Of a stretch of 64,000 nucleotides of DNA, positions 9,445 through 19,187 are shown piece by piece. The position numbers and the translations under genes are program-made. Position 1 is the first letter of the stretch. Every line of letters begins with the position of its first letter. The stretch is taken from the NCBI GenBank assembly GCA_040386535.1, contig JAZKFH010000003.1, positions 225,088 through 289,087 of the forward strand, given 5' to 3'. The notes beneath the pieces were generated by a model. It was not told where the DNA came from. It was given only the letters and a program-made list of their open reading frames with translations, and did no database searches. Source of the DNA: Myxococcota bacterium (lineage in GTDB: Bacteria > Myxococcota_A > UBA796 > SXON01).

Positions 9445-11961
9445 CTACCGGGCCTCGAGCTTCCCCACGCGGTCGCGCAACTTCCGGTTCTCTTCCACGA
9501 AGCTCTCCACCTGCCCGCGGAGCGTCGAGAGCCCCTCGGCCGAGGTGCGGCCCTCCCGGACGTTGGCGAGCGCCTCGAAGGCGAGACGGCGGCTCCGGCC
9601 GTCGCCTCCCGAGCTGTGCACGCGGGTCAGCACCGGGAGCGAGCGCGGATCGCGGAGCGCGCCGAGGGCGTTGAGCGCGGACACCTGGACGCGGAAGTTG
9701 CCGTCCTCCGCGAGCTCGACCAGGCGCTCGAGCACCGCGGTGCGCGTGGTGTCCACCTCGTCGCCGAGCTTCGCGAGCGCGGCACACGCCGCCGCACGCG
9801 CGCGCGCGGGCGCGTCGTCACGGGACTGCGCGAGCAGGGCGTCGAGGACCGAGGCGTCGCGCAGGTTGCCGAGCCCCTCGATGCCGCGTGCGCGCAGCAC
9901 CTCACCCCACGACTCGCGGGTCAGGAGGGCCTCGCAGACGGCGCGGGCGGCGGGTGCGCGCAGCTTGCCGAGGCTGCGGGCTACCTCACCCTCGACCTGG
10001 GCGGAGGGGTCCTTGGGGAGCGCGGCGAGGGCCTCGCCCACTTCGGGACGGCGGACCGAGCCGAGCGCGGCCACGATGCGACGGCGGGCCTTGGGGCTCG
10101 TGTCGCCGAGGGCGCCGAGCAAGGCTGCGGCGGCAACGTCGCCTCCGCGTGCGGCGAGCAGGTCGGCGATCTCGGCGCGCACACCCCAGAACGGATCCGC
10201 GACGAGCGCCGCGGCCAGGGCCTCGAACGCCGCGGTCGACCCTTCCGCGGCCAGGGCCCGCGCGACGCGGACGCGCCCGACCACGTTCGGATTCGCGGTG
10301 AGCGCGGCGACGAGCTGGGAGCGCGGGGCCTCGACCTTGATCTCGGCGAGCAGCTGGAAATCTGGATCGATCCGCACGAACGCGGGCCCACCCTGGCCAG
10401 CTTCCGACGGGCACGGCAGGACGAACGTGCGCTCCCGTGCGTCGAGCTTGAGCGTGACCCGGTTGTCGCCGAACGCGACGACGAGCGGCACGTGGAAGAC
10501 CGGCGCCACGCCGTCTCCTTCCTGGGTCTGCTTCACGGTAACGGTGAGCTGATCGTCGGCATGCGCGACCGACACGGTGAGCGCGGGGTGGCCGGAGCCG
10601 TGGATCCACGTGGCGAAGAACCGATCGAGGTTCTTGCCGGTGGCGTCCTCCATCGCGCGCTGGAAGTGGCGCGTGTGCACGGTGCCGTGCCGGTGGCGCT
10701 CGAGGTACAGGTGCACGCCGGCCCAGAAGGCCGTGTCGCCGAGCTGGTGCCGCAACGTGTGGATGACGAGGGCCGCCTTCTCGTAGAGGTGGCGGTCGAA
10801 GAGATCGATCGGCGACTTGAAGTGGTACGACACGATCGGGCGGCGATACCGGCCGCCGTCCTCGCCGAGGTAGGTCCCCATCTGCTCGAACAGGTGCCAG
10901 TCCGACGCGTCGACCCCCTTGTCGACGCGCGACCAGAGGTGCTCGGTGTAGGTGGCCCAGCCCTCGTTGAGCCAGCCCTGGGACCAGTCTTGACACGTCA
11001 ACAGGTCGCCGAACCACTGGTGGGCGAGCTCGTGGACGATGAGGTCGTCCATGTCGCCGTCCATCGCCGCCACCTCGTCCATCAGGACGAGATCCGTGAG
11101 CGTGGTGGCCGCCACGTTCTCCATGCCGCCGAAGATGAAGTCGTGCACGACGACCTGGTCGTAGCGGGGCCAGGGATACCGGCCGTAGATCGCGGAGAGG
11201 TGCGCCACCATCGCCGGGGTGCGGGCGAAGGTGCGCTCCACGAGCGCCGAGGACGTGCCGGCCGGGACGGCGTAGCGCACGGGGATGCCGTCCCACGCGT
11301 CCTCGTGGATGTCCATCTTCATCACGACGACGGTGACGAGGTAGGCGGGCATCGGCTCCGCCTGGTCCCACATCCAGGTCTGGCCGTCCCGCTCGACGAG
11401 GCGCCCGTTGGAGAGCACGCCGTACCCGGCGGGGGCCGTGACCCGGAGCGACCAGGGGTGCTTGACCGAGGGGTGGTCGAAGCAGGGGAAGAGAAAGTGG
11501 CCGTCCTCATCCTGGCACTGGGTCCAGGCCTCGGGGACCCGGTTCGGCTCGGCGGCGGTGGGCCCGACGAACCAGAGCCCGCGCCGCGGCGAGCCGTGCC
11601 AGCGGACGATCACTTCGGTGGTGGGCGCGAGGTGGAGCTTTCCGTCCGCGTGCCGCCAGGGGTGGGGCGCGCCGGCGGGGGTCTCCACCGCGTCGACCGT
11701 GAGCTCGTCCAGGTCGAGCGCGTACCAGCCGTCCTGCCCGGGGAGCGGCGAGAGCCGGATCCGCGCGGAGCCGACCATCGTGCGCGCCACCGGATCGATC
11801 GAGAGATCGAGCGCGATGTGCTCGATCTTGCAGGCGCGATCGGGCGTGTAGCTCGGCTCGGTGCCCGGCTCGGCGAACGCTCGGCGCTTCGCCAGCGCCC
11901 ACCCGCCGAAGCGGGCCTCCTGTTCGAGGCTCTTGTCGGTCAGGAAGCTAGCCATGCCCAT
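9445..11961 (-). CDS. M1 family aminopeptidase with C-terminal HEAT repeats and coiled coil
   Basis: GGMEN, HELAHQWFGD...WLNEG, YEKA, then HEAT-like helical repeats. Start may instead be 11955. Confidence 0.93.
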   Translation of the reverse strand: MGMASFLTDKSLEQEARFGGWALAKRRAFAEPGTEPSYTPDRACKIEHIALDLSIDPVARTMVGSARIRLSPLPGQDGWYALDLDELTVDAVETPAGAPHPWRHADGKLHLAPTTEVIVRWHGSPRRGLWFVGPTAAEPNRVPEAWTQCQDEDGHFLFPCFDHPSVKHPWSLRVTAPAGYGVLSNGRLVERDGQTWMWDQAEPMPAYLVTVVVMKMDIHEDAWDGIPVRYAVPAGTSSALVERTFARTPAMVAHLSAIYGRYPWPRYDQVVVHDFIFGGMENVAATTLTDLVLMDEVAAMDGDMDDLIVHELAHQWFGDLLTCQDWSQGWLNEGWATYTEHLWSRVDKGVDASDWHLFEQMGTYLGEDGGRYRRPIVSYHFKSPIDLFDRHLYEKAALVIHTLRHQLGDTAFWAGVHLYLERHRHGTVHTRHFQRAMEDATGKNLDRFFATWIHGSGHPALTVSVAHADDQLTVTVKQTQEGDGVAPVFHVPLVVAFGDNRVTLKLDARERTFVLPCPSEAGQGGPAFVRIDPDFQLLAEIKVEAPRSQLVAALTANPNVVGRVRVARALAAEGSTAAFEALAAALVADPFWGVRAEIADLLAARGGDVAAAALLGALGDTSPKARRRIVAALGSVRRPEVGEALAALPKDPSAQVEGEVARSLGKLRAPAARAVCEALLTRESWGEVLRARGIEGLGNLRDASVLDALLAQSRDDAPARARAAACAALAKLGDEVDTTRTAVLERLVELAEDGNFRVQVSALNALGALRDPRSLPVLTRVHSSGGDGRSRRLAFEALANVREGRTSAEGLSTLRGQVESFVEENRKLRDRVGKLEAR

Positions 11962-12018
11962 ACCTCGAGGGGTCGGCCGCCTAACATGGTGGCGGCGACC
12001 CCGTGGGGGCATGGCGCG

Positions 12019-12360
12019 CTACGCCTGCGGGATGCGCTCGGCGCGGGCCTCGGCCACGGTGAGCAGGCGCTCCATCGCGTAGCTGTGGTGCAGGCCGGTG
12101 CTCGCCACGAGCGGCTGCCCGTCCTTGAACACGAGCAGCGCCGGCGCCTCGTCGACACAGAACGTGCCCGCGAGGCGGGGGTTGTGCTTCAGGTTGACCT
12201 TGAGCACCCGCACCGAGGGGTGCTCGGCGGCGAAGCGCTCGAGGATGGGCCCCTGCACGCCGCTCTTGCCGGACGTGGGCGCCCAGAAGTCCACCAGCGT
12301 GACCCCGGGGGCGAGCAGCACGTCCTTGCTGAAGGTCTTGTCGTTGGTCTCTCGGATCAT
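12019..12360 (-). CDS. Thioredoxin-fold protein lacking the active-site cysteines
   Basis: Thioredoxin pattern (LVDFWAP...KVN...P.LA..F.V...P.LLVFKDG), but WAPTSGKS replaces WAPWCGPC; GGAG RBS. Confidence 0.8.
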   Translation of the reverse strand: MIRETNDKTFSKDVLLAPGVTLVDFWAPTSGKSGVQGPILERFAAEHPSVRVLKVNLKHNPRLAGTFCVDEAPALLVFKDGQPLVASTGLHHSYAMERLLTVAEARAERIPQA

Positions 12361-12549
12361 GGTTTGCTCCAGGACCCCGACCCTACGAAACCCGCCGCGC
12401 ACGGGCGCCCCCCGCGGGCAGGAGGCCCGTGGGAGCGCTTCGTTACCGGAGGGCGCCGAGGGGGGCGGCGGCCGTTGATGCAACCAACCTAGGACCCGTC
12501 GCGACAGCGTCAAGGGCTCGTGTCAAGAGCCCGAGCTCAGGTCACGCGC

Positions 12550-13323
12550 TCAGGTCGCCGGCGCCTGCTGCAACCGGGACGGATCCGGGAGGAGGATGTA
12601 CCCGGTGTCCATGTCCCCGAGGAACGCGCAGCCGTCGGGGCCGACCTGCCCCAGGTACGCCGCGACGTAGGCGCACACGAGCGCTTCGAGGCGCTCTTCG
12701 AGCTCGCCGAGGCGCGTGCCGTTCAGGTCGGGCAGGTGCGCGTCCATCAGCTGATCGAGCTCGGGCGACAGGTGGAGACGCGGCGTGCCGCTCTCGATCA
12801 TGCGCTCCTCGATGAGCTCGCGGAGACGGTCGACCGCCTCCTTGCGGCCACCGATCGGGCCCGACTTCATGCGGATCGGACGATCGACGCCGAGCAGCAG
12901 GATCTGCGCGGCCTGCGTGTGGGTCTCGACGATGCGATCCCCCTCGGAGGCCGGGTTCGGGTCGAACCCCATGCGCATGAGCGCGCGGCCCATCGTGCGC
13001 GGATGGCTCGCGGAGACCGAGTTGTTCGCGTACTCGTCGATGCGGTAGCGCGAGAAGTGCTCGAGCAACGCGCGATCACACGGGCGGGAGCCCGAGAGGT
13101 TGTCTACGATGATGGGGGCGTTGACGACGAGCGTGGCGCTGCCGCGACCACGATTCCGGGTGATCCACCGGAGCGTGTCCTCGTGACTGCGGAGCGAGTC
13201 CGCCGAGACCATGCGTACGCCGCCGTCCTCGGTGGGCTCGAGCACCACACCGCCCGAGCTGTCCCGCGGGGTCCAGCCGAGATCGAGGCCGAGGTATCGA
13301 ATCCTGCGCAACCTGCCCTCCAC
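12550..13323 (-). CDS. DUF429 / RNase H-fold predicted nuclease-like protein
   Basis: YLGLDLGW, NAPIIV.N.SG.R.CD, LEALVCAY, GDMDTGYILLP. Confidence 0.75.
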   Translation of the reverse strand: MEGRLRRIRYLGLDLGWTPRDSSGGVVLEPTEDGGVRMVSADSLRSHEDTLRWITRNRGRGSATLVVNAPIIVDNLSGSRPCDRALLEHFSRYRIDEYANNSVSASHPRTMGRALMRMGFDPNPASEGDRIVETHTQAAQILLLGVDRPIRMKSGPIGGRKEAVDRLRELIEERMIESGTPRLHLSPELDQLMDAHLPDLNGTRLGELEERLEALVCAYVAAYLGQVGPDGCAFLGDMDTGYILLPDPSRLQQAPAT

Positions 13324-13324
13324 G

Positions 13325-14893
13325 TCACTTCCACCGGTTCAACAGGCCGCCGACAGCCATCCGTGCTCCGGACAGCCGCGCTCCCCCCGGACGCGTGAGC
13401 TCGACGAGCCCTCGCGCCATGTCGACGAGGTTGTCCCCATAGGGGTACCACCACATCTCCTTCTTGCCGCGAGAGCGGTCCACACACACCGTGCGTGGCT
13501 GCACCAGCGCCTCGAGCCCGAACCGGGACCCGGTGACGCCGTAGCCGCTCTCCTTGCGCCCACCCCACGCGGCCGCACCCATGGGCCCCGTGAAGCAGCA
13601 ATTGTTCACGAAGGACACCCCGGTCGTGATCCGGGCGGCCAGCGCCTCGGCACGACGGAGATCCTTGCTCCAGACCGACGCGGTCAGCCCGTAGGGCGAC
13701 GCGTTCGCGCGGGTCACGGCCTCGTCCTCCGTCGCGAAGGACGCGATCGGGAACAGGGGGCCGAAGGTCTCTTCACGCATGACCGCCATGTCGTCCGTCA
13801 CGCCGGTGAGGACCGTGGGCGGGTAGTGGTACCCCTCCCCCGTCGGCTCCCCGCCCGCGCGAACCACAGCGCCGGCCGCGACCGCCGCGGTGACGTGCCC
13901 GTGCACCTTCTGCACCGCCGCGGCGTTGATGAGCGGCCCCACGTCGGGGGTCCCCGAAGCGGCGCCCATGCGGAGCGCCTTGGTGGCCGCGACGACCTTC
14001 TCGACGAACACGTCATGGATCCGCGCGTCGACATACACGCGCTCGACCGAGGCGCAGTCCTGGCCGGCGTTGTGGAACGCGCCCCAGACCAGCCCGTTGA
14101 CGGTGCGCTCGAGATCCGCGTCGTGAAGCACGATCGCCGGATCCTTGCTGCCGAGCTCGAGGGAGGTCGGCAGCAGCCGCGCCGCGGCGCGCTGGGCGAC
14201 AGCCCGGCCGGAGGCGACGCTGCCGGTGAACACGATGCGATCGACCCCACCGTCGATCAGCGCGGCGCCCTGCGTGGGGCCGCCCTGCACGGTGATGACG
14301 AGGTCGGTGGGGAACGCGGCCTTGAAGATCGAGTCCAGCAGCGCGCCGCAGCGGGCGGCGTACTCGGACGGCTTCCACACCACCGCGTTGCCCGCCAGCA
14401 CCGCCGGCACGATGGTGCGCAGCGGCAGGTGGATCGGGTAGTTCCACGGCATGATCAGGCCGACCACGCCGATGGGCTCGAGGCGCAGGACAACGTCCTT
14501 GCCGGGGTAGTTGATCGGGCTGAGCGGCACGGGAATGTCGGCCAGCTCGTCATCGATCATCTCGAGCCACGTGTCGAACAGCTCCTGGGCGGTGACGACC
14601 TCACTCGTCCATGCTTCCCCGGGGGGCTTTCCGATCTCGGCGACCAGCATGTCGACGATCTCGGGACCGCGGCTCAGGAAGACATCGGCGAGGCGACGAA
14701 TGGCGCCCTTCCGCTCGTCCAGCGGCTTGGCCGCCCAGGCCGCGCCAGCCACGCGGGCACGTGCGACGAGCCCGGCCACGTCCGCCTCGGGAGTGACCGG
14801 CATCTCGCCCACGCTCACGCCGGTGCGCGGGTCCCGCAAGGGAAGCGCGTCGGTGTGGAGCGTAGCGTGCGGGGACTCGCCGAGGTGTGCCAT
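13325..14893 (-). CDS. Aldehyde dehydrogenase family protein
   Basis: PWNYP, FTGS, LELGSKDP, NAGQDC, EETFGP, YGLTAS. Confidence 0.95.
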   Translation of the reverse strand: MAHLGESPHATLHTDALPLRDPRTGVSVGEMPVTPEADVAGLVARARVAGAAWAAKPLDERKGAIRRLADVFLSRGPEIVDMLVAEIGKPPGEAWTSEVVTAQELFDTWLEMIDDELADIPVPLSPINYPGKDVVLRLEPIGVVGLIMPWNYPIHLPLRTIVPAVLAGNAVVWKPSEYAARCGALLDSIFKAAFPTDLVITVQGGPTQGAALIDGGVDRIVFTGSVASGRAVAQRAAARLLPTSLELGSKDPAIVLHDADLERTVNGLVWGAFHNAGQDCASVERVYVDARIHDVFVEKVVAATKALRMGAASGTPDVGPLINAAAVQKVHGHVTAAVAAGAVVRAGGEPTGEGYHYPPTVLTGVTDDMAVMREETFGPLFPIASFATEDEAVTRANASPYGLTASVWSKDLRRAEALAARITTGVSFVNNCCFTGPMGAAAWGGRKESGYGVTGSRFGLEALVQPRTVCVDRSRGKKEMWWYPYGDNLVDMARGLVELTRPGGARLSGARMAVGGLLNRWK

Positions 14894-14911
14894 CAAACCC
14901 CCGTATCGCGT

Positions 14912-17900
14912 CTACGGTCGTGGCGCTCCCCCCATGGCCCAGCGCGCGACGGGGCTCTCCACGAACCGCTCCCGGAACGGACCGAAGAGGCCGTCCAGGG
15001 CCACGGCGAGAATCCCCCGGGCCTCGGCGCGGTCGGCGGCGTCACGACGCCCGTGGAGGATCTCCAGGAGCAGCAGCTGGTCGCCGGACAGGCGGGCCTC
15101 CACCGCCGCGGCAGACAGGACGTCCCCGTCGCGACCCGTGCGTCCTCCCGCGAGCAGCAGGCGCGCCTGGAGACCGGGCGCCCCGATGCCGGCGAGCGTG
15201 TCCACGGCCTCGACCACGGCCGCGCTGTCGACGGTCAGGATGCCGACCATGCCGCCGTGGAAGGCCTGGGCGATTCGATCGGGCACGGCGGCGGCGCCCT
15301 CGGCCGCGCGGAGGTGTACCGCGAGGGCCGCCGGCGCATCCCCCGCCGCGGCGCGCAGGTCGGCCAGGGTGCCCAGGTAGTCCACGCGCACGGGCCAGGG
15401 CGCAGACGGGTCCCCACACGCGGCGTGCGCCACGAGCAGCGCGTGCGCGCCGTCGGCGTCCCCGACGGACAGGTGGACCCGCGCCCGGCCGACGGCCACC
15501 GACGCGGCGCTGAACGGCGCGTTGCGCTCGCCCACGAGCTCGGACGCCGTTCGCAGCGACTCCAGCGCCGCGGCGAGGCGCCCGCTGGCCCGTTGGAGCT
15601 CCGCGAGGCGCACCAGGGCCTCGCACCCCGCGAGCGTCCGATCGACGGCGCGGAGCTCGGCGGCGAGCACGCGGTACAGCGACATGGCCCGCTGCGGATC
15701 GCCCCGGAGCGCGATGATCCGCGCATCGCCCAGGCGCGCCGCCACGCCGACGCGGTCCACCGGGCCGGGCGCGGCCCGATCGAGCGCCCGGTGGAAGGCC
15801 GCGAGCGCGGCGTCGAGGTCGCCCTCCGCGTACCGCACGCCCGCGCCGGCCAGGAGCGCGCGCGCCGAGGCCTCCGGGGGCGTATCCGACACGTAGGCAC
15901 GCGGCTCGGCGGGGAGGTGCGTGCCGAGGAGCAGCGCCAGGTCGAGGTGCGCGAGACCTACACGTCCGGTGAGCGCATCGTCGTCCACCGCGAGGGCGAG
16001 GGTCCGGCCCGCCTCCAGGGCGCTCCGGGCCTCGGCGAGCCGCCCGAGCGCACACAACGCGTCACACCGCGCGAGGGCCAACGTGGCGAGCACGTGGCCG
16101 TCCCCGATGGGGAGCCGCGTGGCGGCGTCGAGCAGGTCGAGGCCCTGGAGGGGCCGGCCGCCGCCGACGAGCCAGTCGCCGAGCTGGACGAGGCGCTGGG
16201 TCTCGTGGGGGTCACGGGCGCCGCGTGCGAGGTGGAGGAGCAGGAAACGCTGCTCCCACTCGCGCACCGGGCGGCGCCCTGCCGCGTCCGCGAGGCGCAG
16301 GTGCAGATCCCGCTGCAGGTCCTCCGGGATGCCGTTGAGGAGCACCGGCTCGAGCACGGCGCGCCGCAGCGACACCCACTCCTCGCCCGCGCGCAGCGTC
16401 ACCTCGACCAGCCCGTGCCGCAGCGCCGGGCCGAGCTCCTCGCCGGACGGATCCGCGGCCGCCACCAGCAGGAGCAGATCGAGCGGCACGGGCTCGCCGG
16501 CGACCGCGATCGCCTGGACGATCGCCAGGGTGGCCGCCGGGAGCTTCGCGAGCGCGCGCCCGAACAGGCGCGTGGTGTCCTCCCCCGGGAGCAGGCGCGT
16601 CGACGGGTCCCACGCCCACCGCGGCCGCCCGTCCTCGCCCATGCCCTGGCACCAGACCGCGCCGCGCTCCACCTGCTCGCGCAGCACCCCCGTCACGAGC
16701 GCCGGGAGCCCGCCGGTGGTGCGCATCATCGCGAGATCGAGCCCGGGCGGCACCGTGGGCGTACCCAGCATCGTGCCGATCTGCGTGCGCACCTCGGCCG
16801 ACGTGAGCGGGCGGAGGGTGATCTCGCGGCCCCTCGGGATCGGCGGGAGCGCGCGGCCCGTGAGCACCATCGCGATCCCCGGCACCTGCGCGATCCGGTC
16901 GACCAGCTCCGCGCAGCCCGCGGGGGCCAGATCGAGGTCCTCGATCACCACGAGGACACGCCCGTCCTGGGCGAGGAGCGTGCCGAGGACACCGAGCACG
17001 CCGGGCAGATCGGGCACCAGGGGGCCGGCGATCGTGTCGAGCTCGCGCGCGAGCACGGCGACGATCTCGTCGGGACCGACCCGTGCGCGGCAACGCACCG
17101 TCGTGTACTCGATGCGCGCCTCCCGAGCGAGGGCCACGGCGTGCCGCGCGACGACCCCCAGCCCCGAACCCAGCTCGCCGTGCACCCGGAGCACGCCGCC
17201 GCCGTCGAGCACCGCCTGGATCGAGCCGGTGGCGGCCTCGCGCCCGAGCATGTCGGGCGTCCCCACCTCGCGCAGCTCGCCGCGGCTGCCGGTGAGTTGG
17301 GCGAGCGCGACGGAGGCGGACGCGGGCCGGGCGGAGGGGTCCCTCGCCATGAGCCGCCCGACGAGGGCCGCGAGCCGCTCCGGGATCTCCGGCACCCGCT
17401 CGGCGATCGGAGTCGCGCCGGCAGCGCGGTGTGCCTGGAGGTAGCCCGCGAGGCCCGTCGCCTGGTAGGGACGTTCGCCCACCAGCGCCTCGTACAGGGT
17501 GATCCCGAGGCTGTAGAGGTCGCAGCGGTGGTCGGTCTCCGCGCCGGCGATCTGCTCGGGCGCCATGTAGGCGTGCGTGCCGAGCACGTCGCCGAGCGTG
17601 GTGGTGAGCGGATCGCTGCTGTCTGCTGCGAGGCCGAGATCGACGAGGACGACGCGCCCGTCCGCGCCCATCCACACGTTGCTGGCCTTGATGTCGCGGT
17701 GCACGATCCCGTTCGCGTGCAGGCCCGCCAGGATGCGCAGCGCCGAGGAGGCGAGGTGCAGCCCCTCCTCCGGCGTCAGCGGGCCGGCGCGGAGCCGGAC
17801 GTCGAGCGAGGCGCCCTCGAGCAGCTCCAGCACGAGCACCGGCTGCTCGCCCTCGATCACGGCAAAACACTGCACCAACCCCGGGAGGGTGAGCCGCTGG

Positions 17901-18070
17901 AGCAGCCGCCCTTCCCGCACGAACCGCTTGCGCAGCCCGGAGCGCTCTGGCTCGCGCAGCACCTTGAACGCCACGTCCCGCCCGCGCCAGACGCCGCGGA
18001 ACACGTCGGCGATGCCCCCCTCGCCGATCCGTTCGGCGAACTCGAGGCCCGGGAGGAGGCTGAAGGGCAT
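14912..18070 (-). CDS. Hanks-type Ser/Thr kinase fused to a degenerate NTPase-like and TPR-like helical region
   Basis: GEGGIADV, AFK, HRDIKASN, DLGLA, YMAPE, DLYSLG; then GRE...GELGSGLG, VVIEDLD, TGGLP. Confidence 0.88.
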   Translation of the reverse strand: MPFSLLPGLEFAERIGEGGIADVFRGVWRGRDVAFKVLREPERSGLRKRFVREGRLLQRLTLPGLVQCFAVIEGEQPVLVLELLEGASLDVRLRAGPLTPEEGLHLASSALRILAGLHANGIVHRDIKASNVWMGADGRVVLVDLGLAADSSDPLTTTLGDVLGTHAYMAPEQIAGAETDHRCDLYSLGITLYEALVGERPYQATGLAGYLQAHRAAGATPIAERVPEIPERLAALVGRLMARDPSARPASASVALAQLTGSRGELREVGTPDMLGREAATGSIQAVLDGGGVLRVHGELGSGLGVVARHAVALAREARIEYTTVRCRARVGPDEIVAVLARELDTIAGPLVPDLPGVLGVLGTLLAQDGRVLVVIEDLDLAPAGCAELVDRIAQVPGIAMVLTGRALPPIPRGREITLRPLTSAEVRTQIGTMLGTPTVPPGLDLAMMRTTGGLPALVTGVLREQVERGAVWCQGMGEDGRPRWAWDPSTRLLPGEDTTRLFGRALAKLPAATLAIVQAIAVAGEPVPLDLLLLVAAADPSGEELGPALRHGLVEVTLRAGEEWVSLRRAVLEPVLLNGIPEDLQRDLHLRLADAAGRRPVREWEQRFLLLHLARGARDPHETQRLVQLGDWLVGGGRPLQGLDLLDAATRLPIGDGHVLATLALARCDALCALGRLAEARSALEAGRTLALAVDDDALTGRVGLAHLDLALLLGTHLPAEPRAYVSDTPPEASARALLAGAGVRYAEGDLDAALAAFHRALDRAAPGPVDRVGVAARLGDARIIALRGDPQRAMSLYRVLAAELRAVDRTLAGCEALVRLAELQRASGRLAAALESLRTASELVGERNAPFSAASVAVGRARVHLSVGDADGAHALLVAHAACGDPSAPWPVRVDYLGTLADLRAAAGDAPAALAVHLRAAEGAAAVPDRIAQAFHGGMVGILTVDSAAVVEAVDTLAGIGAPGLQARLLLAGGRTGRDGDVLSAAAVEARLSGDQLLLLEILHGRRDAADRAEARGILAVALDGLFGPFRERFVESPVARWAMGGAPRP

Positions 18071-18115
18071 GGACGCGGATGATACCGCACCGCGCCCCCT
18101 GCGGATGCCGCCGCG

Positions 18116-19099
18116 CTACCGCGCCGTGAGCCAGCTCCGGAGCAGCGGCCAGGTGTGCGCGGGGGCGTGCCGGCCGAGCAGCAGGTCGAGGTGGCCCCAG
18201 TGGTGGCCGGTGCCGTAGTCGTCCATCAGGACCCAGGTGCGGTCGCGGCTGCCTGAGCGCTCGTACGCGGTGCGCGCATCTTCGGGGAGCATGAGGTGGT
18301 CGAGATCGCCGCCGATGACGAGCAGGGGGACGTCGGTCTTGCCCCAGGCGTCCACGTAGTCGAAGCGCCCGGTGGCGCCCCACCGCGCCATGTCGAACCA
18401 GACGTTCGCGCTGGTCCAGTCGAAACCGAGCTTGAGGCGCTCCCGGAGCAGATCCTCCTCCATGCTGCCGGGCGCCCAGCCGCTGATGGGGAACGCGTAG
18501 CCGGCGATGTCGGAGACGCTGTAGAGCTTCGCGAGGAGGCGGCCGGCGAGCTGGGTGCGGACGTTCAGGGCGCCGAGCATGTCGCGGCCCTGGACCTTGC
18601 CGGAGAACTGGCAGAGCAGCTTGAGCGCCCGGTTGGCCTGGGCGAACTGGAAGAGCGCGCCGATGCCGACGACGCCGCGCATCGGCGTTTCCGTGGCGCC
18701 CGCGTAGACCACCGCGCCGCCGAGCGAGTGGCCGATCCAGAACGCAGGCTCGCCGAGGACCGCGGCGACCCGCCCCACGTCGGCCACGTAGTCGGCGAAC
18801 CGGGCGGAGCCGGCGGGCGAGCGGGAGTTGCCGTGGCCCGGGAGCTCGAGGTTGTAGACGTCGAACCCCTCGCCCGCGAGCCAGGCGGAGAGCGACCGCC
18901 GCGAGAGGTGCCACGAGTAGCGGTTCTGGGCGAAGCCGTGCACGAGCACGACGCGCGGCCGCGCGATCCCGCCCGGCGCGGGCCCCACGAGCCGCTTCCG
19001 CACGATGGCGATGCGCTCGTCGACCAGCAGCCGCTCCTTGCGGAGGTGCACGCGCGCGCCGTCGTGGGTGAGCTGCTCCACGTCCTCGGTCGTGAGCAC
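18116..19099 (-). CDS. Alpha/beta hydrolase
   Basis: VHGFAQN, GHSLGG nucleophile elbow, D, GHLDLL. Start uncertain. Confidence 0.88.
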   Translation of the reverse strand: MLTTEDVEQLTHDGARVHLRKERLLVDERIAIVRKRLVGPAPGGIARPRVVLVHGFAQNRYSWHLSRRSLSAWLAGEGFDVYNLELPGHGNSRSPAGSARFADYVADVGRVAAVLGEPAFWIGHSLGGAVVYAGATETPMRGVVGIGALFQFAQANRALKLLCQFSGKVQGRDMLGALNVRTQLAGRLLAKLYSVSDIAGYAFPISGWAPGSMEEDLLRERLKLGFDWTSANVWFDMARWGATGRFDYVDAWGKTDVPLLVIGGDLDHLMLPEDARTAYERSGSRDRTWVLMDDYGTGHHWGHLDLLLGRHAPAHTWPLLRSWLTAR

Positions 19100-19187
19100 C
19101 TGGAGGCCCGCGATCGGGGGGAACGCGCCGGGGTCGAGGCGGGCAGGGTCGACGGCCGTGGCGGGGCGCGCGGGGTTCAGCGGGACC

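Noticed and set aside
14912..18070. Avs/STAND anti-phage defence system
   Set aside because: The Walker A is degenerate, there is no nuclease effector, and the neighbours are metabolic; kinase-AAA-TPR fusions are common signalling proteins in myxobacteria-like genomes.
13211..18082. 1623-aa plus-strand ORF, and similar long ORFs (9388..12492, 28089..30695, 34360..36219, 59373..61526)
   Set aside because: Antisense shadows of well-supported minus-strand genes; stop codons are scarce at this GC content and the translations have no motifs.
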